From: Spirogloea muscicola
Lineage: Eukaryota
Assembly: GCA_009602725.1 (NCBI GenBank)
Contig: WELB01000006.1
Coordinates: 868,471 to 888,470, forward strand
Reading direction: 5' to 3'
Length of the DNA: 20,000 nucleotides
Of this stretch, positions 1 to 10,222 are shown piece after piece; the first letter of the stretch is position 1; the number at the start of each line of letters is the position of its first letter. Under the pieces are notes generated by a model, which worked only from the letters and a program-made list of their open reading frames with translations, was not told the origin of the DNA and did no database searches. The translations under genes were made by a program, and so were the position numbers.

Positions 1-70
1 TTAGTACCCAAGGGTGAGCACATACAGATTCGACAGGCTAACTTGGGGGCCGGAGCGCCGCCACGGACAA
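1..70 (-). mobile_element. CRE-like ORF tail fragment
   Basis: Minus strand reads RGGAPAPQVSLSNLYVLTLGY* (stop at 3-1), homologous to the family C-terminus. Confidence 0.65.
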
Positions 71-74
71 TGGA

Positions 75-450
75 ATGTCCGACCTGCACTCAATGACTAG
101 AGGTTACTGTTACGCCTTGCATCTGCGTGCTGGCCGTGCTCTCGCTGCGGCCTCCGGCTTTCGTCAGGGGGATAGTTTTCCGGCAGCTAGTCTGTCGGAT
201 GTGAGGCTCCTCACTCGTAACTACTGAGTGGTCCATCCTCCCCCGTTCTGCCATAGCCTCTTCAGGCTATTCAGGCTCTTCACGCTTTTCGGGCTGGCTT
301 CTCACAGCCCTTGCCCCCATTGGGAGAGCCACTTCTTCTTCAGGCCCCGCAGTCGCTGCTTAGCTCGTAGTTTGGCCCCTTCGAACCTTGTCAATTCTTT
401 TCGGGCTGGCTTCTCACAGCCCTTGCCCCCATTTGGAGAGCCACTTCTTC
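75..450 (+). mobile_element. CRE-like 3' fragments: micro-tail (75-108), ORF tail (113-227), tandem type-A 3' UTRs (to about 340 and about 450)
   Basis: SDLHSMTRGY, then ALHLRAGRALAAASGFRQGDSFPAASLSDVRLLTRNY*, then GGGCTGGCTTCTCACAGCCCTTGCCCCCATT(T/G)GGAGAGCC twice (291, 403). Confidence 0.8.
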
Positions 451-489
451 TACTGAGAGCCTACTTGCTGACGTCTTAGCGATTTATAG

Positions 490-925
490 ATGTGGCTCTC
501 CCAATGGGGGCAAGGGCTGTGGAAAGCCAGCCCGAAAAGAAGTGACAAAGGTTCGAAGGGGCCAAATGACGGAGGGGCCGTAAACGCTGTGGCAGAACGG
601 GTGTAGGATGGACAATCCAGAAGCTACGAGTGAGGAGTCTCAAATCCGACAGACTAGCTGCCCTGACGAAAGCGAGAGGCTGCAGCGAGACCACGGCCAG
701 CACGCAGAGCAAGGCGTCAGCCATGGACCGCTGGAGGGAGATTGACAGACCCATGCGATAGACTTGGGCCAACGAGCCAGCGGCGTTGAAGTCAGCCGGC
801 TCCCCTCGCCTGCGGGACACAGCGCGCTGCGTAAGCCTGGCGAGCAGGTCGAGCCACTGGGACCCGAGAGCCCCGTGCACATCCACGGCCAGGGGTACGT
901 ACTCGTCCCCAGCCGGGTGGTCTGC
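490..925 (-). mobile_element. CRE-like 3' fragment (RLE C-terminal half + type-A 3' UTR)
   Basis: DHPAGDEYVPLAVDVHGALGSQWLDLLARL...YRMGLSISLQRSMADAL...SLSDLRLLTRSF aligns with the end of the 12.2-13.8 kb copy. The type-A UTR motif lies at 533-492. Confidence 0.85.
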
Positions 926-944
926 TATTGGTATTTTGCTTCTT

Positions 945-2130
945 GCGCCATTCGGCACTCTTAGACCTTGTCTATTCCTCTGGGCTGGCCTCTTACAGCT
1001 ACTGCTGTCAATTTGGAATCGCCCTTCAAAAAAAGAAATGTACAAGGCGGAGGGCCCGGCGAGCGCGTGCGACTCCTAGCACTTCTTCCATAGCCTCTTC
1101 AGGCCCCGAAGTCGCTGCTTAGCTCGTAGTCTGGCCCCTTCGAACCTTGTCAATTCTTTGCGGGCTGGCTTCTCACAGCCCTTGCCCCCATTGGGAGAGC
1201 CACTTCTTAGTGGGGACGGTGGCTTTGCAGGCCTTTCGTTCGTTTTTCCGGCCCCTTTCTGAAGTCGTCCATTCTTATTTAGGGGCTGCCCTTTCACAGC
1301 CATCGCCCCCTATCTGGCGAGCGCGCGCTGCACCTGCTGGCAGAGCTGTCGCTGCTGCCTCTGGCTTAGGCCAGGGGACCCGCTTCCAGGAACCCAGTCT
1401 CTCTGACCTGAGGCTGCTTTGCAGGGGTCACTGAGTGCTTCGTAGCTGAGTTTTTTGTTGTGCTTGTTTTGCTTAGTGCTTGCCCTGGCCCCTTCTCGTC
1501 CTTTGTTCATTCTTTTTTTGGGGGTGGCCCCATCCTCAATGGGCGGGCCCTTCTTCTATCTGGGAGAAGAGCTCTCGTCCCTTCCGCACGAAAGTACAGA
1601 CAGAAGAGGGGTGGGCGGCATATATAAGGAAGCGAAAAAGCGCGAGCCACACAACGCAGGTGTATACTACATAGAGAGACCCGCGCGGTGCGCATGCGAT
1701 GAAGTGGAGGCCAAGCCGATGCCGTCCTTTGTCCGTGCAAAAGAAAGTGCTCTCCCAAGGAAGGTCGGGGCCAGCCCATAAAGACTTAGCACTCCGACTC
1801 CTTCAGACCTTGTCCATTCTTTTGGGCTGGGCCTCTCCCAGCCACCAGTTAATCTGGCCGCGCTTGCTCTCCATAAAGAATGGACAAGGTCCGAAGAGCC
1901 GAATGGCGCCTAAACAAAGCGAAAGCCAAAGAAGTGCAAAGGACGGGACCTGTAACAACGAATTCCGGCTAAGAGTGCATATAAAAGGAAGGCGCCAGTG
2001 CGCATGAAAATGAAAGGGTGGCAAAAAGGCGAGCCTTACAATGGTCCTGGGAGTACAGGACGAAAGAGAAATATCGTGTATTTGAAACAATCAAAGGCCA
2101 AAATGGCCAAGTACAAAGGCAAGCACATCT
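945..2130. mobile_element. Mosaic of CRE-like 3' fragments in both orientations
   Basis: UTR B-like 945-1030 (+); UTR A 1085-1208 (+), near-identical to 335-450; ORF tail ...EPSLSDLRLLCRGH* 1320-1434 with UTR to about 1560 (+); UTR D about 1672-1745 (-); UTR B 1788-1872 (+); partial UTR 1878-1910 (-); UTR D 1985-2050 (-); UTR E 2067-2130 (-). Confidence 0.75.
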
Positions 2131-2159
2131 GATGTTGTAGCTGCTAGCATTTAGCAGCT

Positions 2160-3035
2160 TCTAGAGCTGCAAGAGGAGTGGGGCAGTAGCAGGGGCAGGA
2201 GGGATGGCAGGGGGGGGAAGGAGGGCCGGAAGTGCCCACGGGGGCCTTTTCTGCGTCCGCTTCTGGAGCTGATAGAGGAGTGAGGCAGCAGCAGTGGCAG
2301 GAGGGATGGCGGGGGTGAGAAGGAGAAAGGGGCTCGCCCATTGAGGATAGGGGCTGGAAAAAGCCAGCCCAAAAGGAATGAACAAAGGACGAGAAGGGCC
2401 GGGCGAAGCACTAAGAAAGACAAGCACAAGAAGAAACTAAGCACCTACGAAGCACTCAGTAACCCCTGCTAGGCAGCCTCAGCTTAGAGAAACTGGATTT
2501 AGAACCTGGGTGTGAAGGAGGGCCGGAGGAGCAAATTGGGCCTTGTCGACCTGTCCTGCTGGAGCTGCTGGAGGAGTGGGGCAGCAGCAGTGGCAGGAGG
2601 GATGGCAGGGAGGGAAAGAAAGGGCTCGCCCATTGAGGATACGGGCTGGAAAAGCCAGCCCAGAAAAGAAGGAACAAAGTATGAGAAGGGGGCCAAGGGA
2701 AGCGCCAAGAAAAACAAGCACAGCAAGAAACAAAGCAGCTACATATTACTCAGTAACCCCTGCTAAGCAGCCTCAGGTCAGAGAAGCTAGGCTCCTGGAA
2801 GTGGGTCCCCTGGCCAGAGCCAGAGGCAGCAGCGAGGGCTCTGCCGCACGCAGGTGCAGCGCGCGGGGGGGTCGAAAGCCGATGGCGGCCTTGTCGACCT
2901 GGCCTGCGTCCGCTTCAGGAGCTGCTAGAGGAGTGGAGCAGCAGCAGTGGCAGGAGGGATGGCGGGTGGGGAATTGAGGGGCAAAACTGCCGATTGGGAT
3001 CTTGTCGACCTGTCCTGCGTCTGCTTCTGGAGCTG
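2160..3035 (-). repeat. Head-to-tail array of an about 100-bp module R alternating with CRE-like ORF tail + 3' UTR
   Basis: R contains GCAGCAGCAGTGGCAGGAGGGATGGC (plus strand; about 2183, 2286, 2581, 2938). ORF tails ...EPSFSDLRLLSRGY* (2865-2750) and SSFSKLRLPSRGY* (2510-2456) are each followed by an about 130-nt UTR. Confidence 0.8.
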
Positions 3036-3809
3036 GTGCTCAACGGTCTGCAGGGCAGGGCCAGAGTGGCAAGGGGAAGGGCAGCTCCACCGGTGGCAGG
3101 TGCCGGCCCCTGCCTCCACCTGCACTGCTGTCGTCTCCTTCCAGCCCGTCGGCGCACCTCTTTGCGAGCAGCCCTCAACCAGGCAAGCGCCGCAAGAGGG
3201 ATGGGCAGCTGTCTCCTCGGGACAGCTCTGCAGTGCCAAAAGGTGGCAGCCCGGAGGTCCTAGGGCAGAAGGATTCGCGAGGGCAGGAGGCCTTGCTTGG
3301 ATCTGCGCTTGAGTGTGAACAGGGACAGACTGCGCAGTCCGTCTTGGCCATGTCTGCCAATGAGTTTGTCACTTCCGCCTCTGCCTTAGAAGCCGCTGGT
3401 GAGGATGCCACTCGGGCTGCCACGGGCGCCTTGGAAGTGCATACCCTGTCGACTGCCACTGCAGTTGCTGGCTCTCCACATGGCGCAAACCTACCAGTAG
3501 CCTCTGCAAAGATGTGATGAAGACTATAGAGCGGCGCACTATCTGGTACGCAGCCTGATACCTTAACATGCACGATGAGTGCCTCCAATCTGCTTGCTGC
3601 ATCTGCACTTTGTGTGCTTGGCTGGCCTTGAGCAAGTTTCTTGATGGTGCACAAAAGCCCGCACACTAATTAAGGACAACCGCAAAGCCATGATGGCTGT
3701 GTTCTACGCTAGTCACCTGTGTCACACGTGACAGCAAGCCTGTCGTGCTATACGACTACGTTCGATAGTAGCAAAGGGAAGTTCAAGTACATGTGGATAC
3801 TGATCAAAG

Positions 3810-4720
3810 AGGAGAGGGGCAGCAACAGTGGCAAGAGGGACTGGGGGGGGTGGTGGGAGGAGGGCCGGAAGTGCCGATGGGGCCTCTGTCGACCTGGCCT
3901 GCGTTTGCTTCTGGAGCTGCTAGAGGAGAGAAGAAGGGCTCGCCCATTGAGAATAGGGGCTGGGAAATGCCAGCCCAAAAAGGAATGAACAAAGGACGAG
4001 AAGGGGCAAGGGAAAGCACTAAGAAAAACAAGTACAAAAAGAAACTAAGCAGCTACTAAGCAGCTACAGGAGAGGGAGGCAGCAGCAGTGGCAGGAAGGA
4101 TGGCGGAGGTGGGAAGGAGGGCCGGAAGTGCCGATGGGGGCCTTGGGGACCTGTCCTGTTTTCGCTTCGGGAACTGCTAGAAAAACGCGGCCAGATTGAC
4201 TGGTGGCTGGGAGAGGCCAGCCCAAAGGAATGGACAAGGTCTGAAGGAGCCGGAGTGCGAAGTACTAAGACAGCAGCAAAGGGGACTCTCAGTAACCTCT
4301 AGTCAGTAGGTGCAAGTCGGAATAAATAGCAGGCGGACAGACGTCGCCCTGACGGAAGCTGGAGGCCGCCGCCAAAGCGCGGCCTGTGCGCAAGTGAACC
4401 GCAAAGGCAAGGGACCGCTGCAAAGTGATGGCCAAGCGCATCCGGAAGACCTGAGCGAGGGAACCGGCGACATTGAAGCCAGGCTGCTCGCCCTGCTGCC
4501 AGTGGCGGCGGGCCACTGCTCGGCACGCAAGGTGGTGAAGCAGGTCAAGCCATTTGTGCCAAAGGCTCCGTGTACGTCGACGGCGAGTGGGACACACTCG
4601 TCGCCCACGGGGTGATCCGCTGCCAGAGAAGTGGGATGCAGCAGCAGTAGCAGGAGGGATGGCGGAAGCGGCTGCTGATATTAAAAGAGCGGCTGTGAAA
4701 GCCAGCCAGATGCATACAGG
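3810..4720 (-). mobile_element. CRE-like 3' fragments interleaved with module R
   Basis: 4620-4289 reads DHPVGDECVPLAVDVHGAFG (frameshift) KWLDLLHHL...FRMRLAITLQRSLAFAVHLRTGRALAAASSFRQGDVCPPAIYSDLHLLTRGY*. UTR B 4262-4185, R 4180-4070, UTR A' 4060-3932, R 3930-3810, UTR C 4715-4668. Confidence 0.82.
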
Positions 4721-4889
4721 TGTTCATGACGGAGCCACAGATGGCGGGGGGGGAGGAAGGCTGTGGCTGCCTAGGAGTGGGGGGAGCCGTGCCGACGGGG
4801 GCCTTGTCGATCCGAAAGCATGGTTGGAGGAGGGCTTTCAATGAGCACCTGCAAATTGGACAGGCTGGTGTGGCTTGATGTAGCTTCAT

Positions 4890-6235
4890 GGTATGCACTT
4901 TCCGGCTCCGAACTTTCGGGCTGGCCTTTCACACCTTTCATTCATTTATGAGCTGGCTTCTTACCACTTCGTTCACAGCTGTCGTCCTATTTGGAAGCGC
5001 TTCTTTCTTCTGCTGCTGCTTCGGCTGCTAGTCTTTTAAATATGTGGCTCCTCACGAGAGATTATCCTACCGGGAAAGCTTTGGGAAAGCGCTTTTTGGC
5101 CCCTTTGGACCCTTTCCAATTCTATTCGGGCTAACTGTTCACAGCCCTTGCCCATTTGGGGAGAGCCACTTTGTTTTCCGTAAGGGGGAATCCGGAGCAC
5201 CGCCATTGAAGCCGGGCGCCTAAATTAGGGCGCGACTGGCACGAAGGAACTGACTCGGCAAGCAGCACGGTAGGGCCAGGTGGTGAGCTGCGGTGGGCCC
5301 CGCATTGAAGCCTTTCTTGAGAAAGCAGAAGACCGCTCGAAAGAAAAGCGCGCCCATAGAAAAGAGGGGCTGGCCAAGCCAGCCCAAAAAAGAATGGACA
5401 ATGTCCAAAGCCAAAGCAAGAGGAGCCGGAGAAAGGACTACACTACAACATACTGCAGAACACAGAAACGATGCAGAGGAAAGCTCAGTACCCACGAGTG
5501 AGCAACATCAGGTCTGAGTAGCTCGCTGCAGGGAAAGAAGCGAATACATGCGGTGTGCATGAATTGTTAGGGTGGCCAAGCCGATCCAACACACTGTTCA
5601 TGCAGAATGCAAAGGAGGTGCGAAGCCTGGGCTTAAGAGATGCCAAAAACCACGCCGTTCCGGCCCCTCCTCGCTCCTAAAGCCAAGCACATGGCGTCGC
5701 TGCACGCCACGTACATGATCCGCGTGCAAGCCCTCACTGGGGCTTTGAACTTTCAGGTGTCAACGCAGCTACCTTCCTATTTCTTAGCAGGGGTTACTGA
5801 GGGCTTCGTAGCTGCTTCGTTTCTTTTCTGTGCTTGTTGTTCTTCGTACTTCCCCTGGCCCCTTCTCGTCCTTTGTTCATTCTTTTCTGGGCTGGCTTTT
5901 TCCAGCCCCTATCCTCAATGGGCGAGCCATTCTCTCTATTTCCGCGTTTGGCAGTCAACCTCCGCTTACTGATTACACACTCCTTCGTTTTGGATACTAA
6001 TTTCACTCTCACACACTAAGACACTAGCTTAGGGCTTCCTTTCAAGTAGCCCCATTTGGCACTAGCTTTTGCCTGGACAATGTGTTGGCGTGAAATGGCC
6101 ACGCTTTCAGGTCGTGCGCACCGCGCGCCTTCTCTCACTCAGCGTAGGGCTCTCTCTTGTTGTTCATGCCTTTGTACTTGGCCACTTGGAAACTATCGTG
6201 TATTTGAAACAAACATAGGCCAAATGGCCACTTGG
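4890..6235. mobile_element. Mosaic of degenerate CRE-like 3' fragments directly upstream of mL41
   Basis: UTR pieces at 4898-4940 (+) and 5020-5170 (+); PAASYSDLMLLTRGY* 5530-5485 with UTR to about 5340 (-); UTR D about 5545-5605 (-); FLSRGY* + UTR A' 5781-5935 (+); UTR D 6075-6137 (+); UTR E pieces 6165-6189 (+) and 6190-6230 (-). Confidence 0.7.
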
Positions 6236-6401
6236 GCCCTCCACTGAATACACACTTCAATCCTTCTCTCCTCGGCTCGAAGCCCCAGCGCGCGGCAAGG
6301 GCCGCCACCGGCACGAGGTTCACGGCGGCGGCCGCGGCGGCGGCGGCGGGGTCGCCGGTTTGGCGCCGCATCGGGCGAGCGCCGGTGGGGCGCGGGCCGC
6401 C

Positions 6402-6979
6402 ATGCTGGGCGTCGTGGCGGGCCTGCTGCGGGGCCGGCGCGTCAGCCCCAAGGGCCTGACGGCTCTCACGTCCAAGCGCGCGGGCAAGGGGTTCTACAAG
6501 GGCAAGCGCTGCCTGCCCACCGGCCGCCACACGCCCCGAGGTGCGTGCGCCATTAGCCCCTCCTTAGTGCCCGCCCGCCAGTGTGCCGCTGCTGTGCATG
6601 GTTGAAGGACCCCAGCCATAACCCCTAACTCTGAACCTTGGTTCGTAACCCCTAAAACGCGAACCTCAGTCTATCAGCTCATGCGGACTTTGGCTGTGCA
6701 GGCGGATACTTGCTGGTGAAGGAGAAGCTGCCGGTGTACCTCGTTCCCGACCTCGCGGGTTTCGAGGTCAGTAAGCCGCTGCCAGCTTGTGCGCACACCC
6801 GCAATTGGCAGTGCTGGCAATGCACGAGTAGTAGTGATGCTGGTTGAGCGGGTCTGCCGAGCAATGATCCCAATGATGATATCCTGGAGCCTTGTGCATG
6901 CTTCGCGCTCTGCCAGCTTAAAGCGTACGTGGCGTATGACGTCTCCAAGAAGACTACATCGCAGACGGCTCCGTCGTGA
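6402..6979 (+). CDS. MRPL41: Mitochondrial large-subunit ribosomal protein mL41 (MRP-L27 family), 88 aa; exons 6402-6540, 6702-6766, 6917-6979
   Basis: Spliced protein MLGVVAGLLRGRRVSPKGLTALTSKRAGKGFYKGKRCLPTGRHTPRG-GYLLVKEKLPVYLVPDLAGFE-LKAYVAYDVSKKTTSQTAPS carries the mL41 signature LTSKR..k.fYKG....tG.HT..GGY......p.y.VPDL..f.LK.YV. GT-AG introns 6541-6701 and 6767-6916 keep the frame. The ATG is in a GCCATG context. Confidence 0.93.
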
Positions 6980-7862
6980 AGCCGCAGATGTCTGGCATTA
7001 CCACCAGTTGGCGACGCTGCACACCCTTCTTATCGGAGGTCCTGAGAGTGACAGACGCCGGACGAAGAGCTACGGAGGTAGGCAGTCTGTTGGTGGCCCA
7101 GCTTTCTCCACTATAGTCCTACCTAGTCTCTGTCTGGCGCCTTTTGAACTCCTCCTCAAGCACTGCATGTAGGACGGGCAGAGCATGGAGCAATTCGATG
7201 GGAAGTGGATGTGACGTGCTGGACTGCCACCAGTCCAGCTGGGGCGTGAGGATGCTTTCTGCCAACTTAGCTATTCTGAGAATCCATCAGGTCAATCAGC
7301 TGGTCGCGTGGATCCCTGAATAGGTGCCCTGTCAGGGTGGCCTTCATCCAGGTACTCAGCAGGATAACATGCAGAGAGGCCTGCTCTTGCTGACAAATCT
7401 GGCGTATCAGGCCTTGAAGCCCACTGTGATGTACAAACAAATGTAAATTGCAATGCTATATTGGTGCCAGGAACGAGGAGCTATCTTAAGCAGGGCAGCA
7501 ACATTATTGCAAGCAGGACATTGGCTACCAATGACTTGTGCATATAGCATACATCAGAGTGCACTAGTTGCATCCTACACGAGTATATAGTTGATCAGGG
7601 GGACTCGAAGGTCATACCACGTTTCAAACAGTTGCTCTTGAGCAAGTGCAGCTTGCAGCTTTGCTCTAGCATGCTGCCCCCCTGAAACAACCTGTGATAA
7701 GGGTCACCTAGCTTGTCTCCTCTTGGGAGAAGGGAAAATGGTCACAGATAGGAACAGTCATCTGCTGTGGAGGCCGATCTGCGGCCTAAAAGAATTATCG
7801 GCTGCTGCCAGAACTGCAGCAAGTTGCAGCATCTTGATTAGCAGGCTTGCGGGTCTCAAGTC

Positions 7863-9826
7863 CTATGCGAGTTGAGGAGTCCGAGACAAGTTGTCCCGCC
7901 GCAAGAGCTTGAGGAAGGCTGCACGGAGGCGGGGGCTGCTGGAGAAGCAACCGAGCGTGGCCACGGTGGCCGTTCCGCTGGCGACCTTCTCAATTCCCCG
8001 TGCCATCATGCACATGTGCGTGGCCTCCACGACAACCATCACGCCGGCACAGGAGCCAGAGGCGGCAGCGACGGCGGCAGCCTCAGCAATTTGCCGTGTC
8101 AGGCGCTCCTGGACTTGGAGCCGGCGGCTGTACAACGAGACAACTCCACCCAGGAGGCGGCGGTCAGGCGAGGACCTGGAGGGCCGAACAACCTTGCCGT
8201 GGCTATTAGCGGCCTCCACTCCAAAGCCGACATGTGCGCAGCCCACAAATGGTAGGAGATGGTGCTCGCACAGCGAAGAGAGCGGTAGAGCGAGCTCCGC
8301 ATGTAGTTGCACGCGGGCCTCCCGTAGCAACCAGCCGTTGGCTGAGCACTCACTGCCATCCTCGTCCAGAGGGGGAACAGGCACGTGTGGGGCCAAGAAG
8401 ACAGCCCGCGGCCCCATGGCTTGCAGACCGCCGCCCCAGGAAAAGCCGTGGCCGCCGCTCGTGGATTCTGACAGCCAGCTCAGGTAGCGCTTGATTGGGA
8501 GCGACAGTGTGCCGCTGCCTTGGCAGCTCTCCGCCTCCAATGCTCGCTGCAACGCAGGAGCGCTCTCCGTAAGCCTGGTGCAATTGAGCTCGTCAGTCAC
8601 TCCTGGTCCTGGCGGACGACGCCCGTGGTCGTTGCAGGGGCTTCCATTGCAGGAGCTGCACTCTTCCTGCAAAGGTCGCAGGCTGAAGGGGCAGGCTAGG
8701 GAAGCGGCGATGACCCCATCAGAGTGGCAAGCCTCAGCGGACCCAAACGGCGGCCGGAGCTGGTCCTCTGTCTGGGCGGGGAGGCAAAGGAGGGCAACGA
8801 ACTCGGCCCACAGTGCGCCGTCATCGCCCAGGAAGCAGCCGGCGGCAGCAGCGGCAGTGCAAGGCACCATGTGGCCTGCGGCGTTGCCACCGTGCTGCTG
8901 GATTCCACCCCGGGCGAAGGAGGCGGCCATGGTGGCAGCCCCCACATCGCGGACGTGCCAGCTTTCCACCACAATGGCGGCCCCCAGCGGGTCGAGTACC
9001 TCACTAATGGCCTCAACGACCTGCTTCGCCAGCGCCTGGCAATGGAGTTGCTGGTGTGTCAGCGGGCGTGCGAAGGAGAGCCGCTAGAAAGGATCGCAAT
9101 GCCAAGCACCGGCAGAGGAAGGAGCGCCCTGGAGAGCTCACTGAAGGCGTCTGCAGGCGCTGGGCGAACATGGCGATGACGCGCGGCAGCTTGCTGAGGC
9201 CCACGACGCGCTGCTTGCAGGGCACGTAGGCGACGTGGCAGCGCACGCGGAAGGGCAGCAGGCACCCGGCGCACAGCGAGTGGCCGTCAACGTCGCGCAC
9301 GACCACCATGCCGCCCGCGCCGCCGCCCTGGCCACCGCCGCCGGCCGCGGGGGCCTCCGGGAAGATGCCGCCCGCAATGACGCCCTGCACTGACGTACGG
9401 TAGCCTGCCAGACGACCAGCCAAGCCAGGAGGCCACACTGCTCAGTCATGATGGCAGGCACTGCGGCTACTGCGCGAAGCGAATCCACGACTAGGGCCCT
9501 CAAGCAACGTCTCGCAGCTCTCCATGAAGTTCATCCCCCGAAAGTAGGTGACCAGACCCAGGTCTAAGGCATGCCGCCCCTGCATGAACTTATCGCAATA
9601 TACGACGTCGTGCCTCCGGGCTAAGGTGTCGTTGGTCATCTTCCAGTCCTCCTGGCGACGGCGATGGGAGGGCGGATGCGGCTGGGCGCACCTTGCGTGG
9701 CGAAGCGCAGGGCCTGGGCGACCCGCAGCGGCGTGCGCCGCAGGCCCTCGCGGTCCGCGTCCTCGCCGAGCGCCTCCAGGACGGCTCGCACGGCGGCCGC
9801 GAGCTCGTCGCCGCCGCCGCTGGCNT
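7863..9826 (-). CDS. GCH1: GTP cyclohydrolase I, plant-type with two tandem GCH1 domains; exons about 9826-9692, 9404-9142, 9035-7863
   Basis: Domain 1: [29 protein letters not shown]..., [30 protein letters not shown]...[10 protein letters not shown]...FAQRLQ. Domain 2: [40 protein letters not shown] introns 9691-9405 and 9141-9036 restore a colinear match to plant GCH1 as I recall it. The start codon is uncertain because of the N at 9825. Confidence 0.9.
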
Positions 9827-9886
9827 GATGACCGACGGGCCCAGCCGGGGACACGTGGCGGCCGGCCTTGCCTTGAGCCGGTGTCA

Positions 9887-9917
<31 letters not shown>
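9887..9917. repeat. (GGC)n microsatellite in the GCH1 5' region
   Basis: About 10 consecutive GGC units. Confidence 0.9.
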
Positions 9918-9918
<1 letters not shown>

Positions 9919-10116
9919 CGGCGGCGGCGCGGCAAGGCATGGCGCCGTGGTCGGGACGCCACTGCCTCTGGCAGCCCCTTTGCCCTAATCGCGGTTTCCC
10001 GGCTCTGCCCTAAAACCTTTCTGACGTGGGGGTGGAAGCACCTCCATCCAACGTGGTGGCAAACGTGGCGAAGTCTCCGTCTACCGTTGTCGAGTTTCCC
10101 CTCTGTTACCCTCTCT

Positions 10117-10222
10117 CTCAGACCTTGTCCATTCCTTTCGGGCTCGCCTCTCCCAGAGAGCCACTTGGGAGAGCCACTTCTTCTCCCAGCCACCAGTTAA
10201 TCTGGCCGCGCTTGCTCTCTCT
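10117..10222 (+). mobile_element. Solo CRE-like 3' UTR (type A/B chimera) upstream of GCH1
   Basis: CAGACCTTGTCCATTCCTTTCGGGCT...CCCAGCCACCAGTTAATCTGGCCGCGCTTGCTCTC matches 1804-1872. Confidence 0.75.

Noticed and set aside
291..330. HDV-like ribozyme interpretation of the 3' UTR pseudoknot
   Set aside because: No P3/L3/P1.1 can be drawn. It is kept only as a generic structured element.
2035..2066. Hammerhead-like stem GTCCTG-GGAGTA-CAGGAC-GAAA
   Set aside because: There is no upstream CTGANGA core, and the hairpin is not conserved in the other type-D copies.
2160..3035. CRISPR-like repeat-spacer array
   Set aside because: The context is eukaryotic, the units are long and degenerate, the intervening sequences are homologous to each other, and there are no cas genes.
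6179..6235. 11-bp direct repeat TGGCCACTTGG as a target-site duplication
   Set aside because: It is largely explained by two opposed type-E UTR fragments that share the palindrome TGGCCA.
7872..9179. Long plus-strand ORFs opposite GCH1, and similar overlapping ORFs at 15172-16349 and 18901-19743
   Set aside because: These are shadow frames of GC-rich coding DNA with no recognisable motifs.
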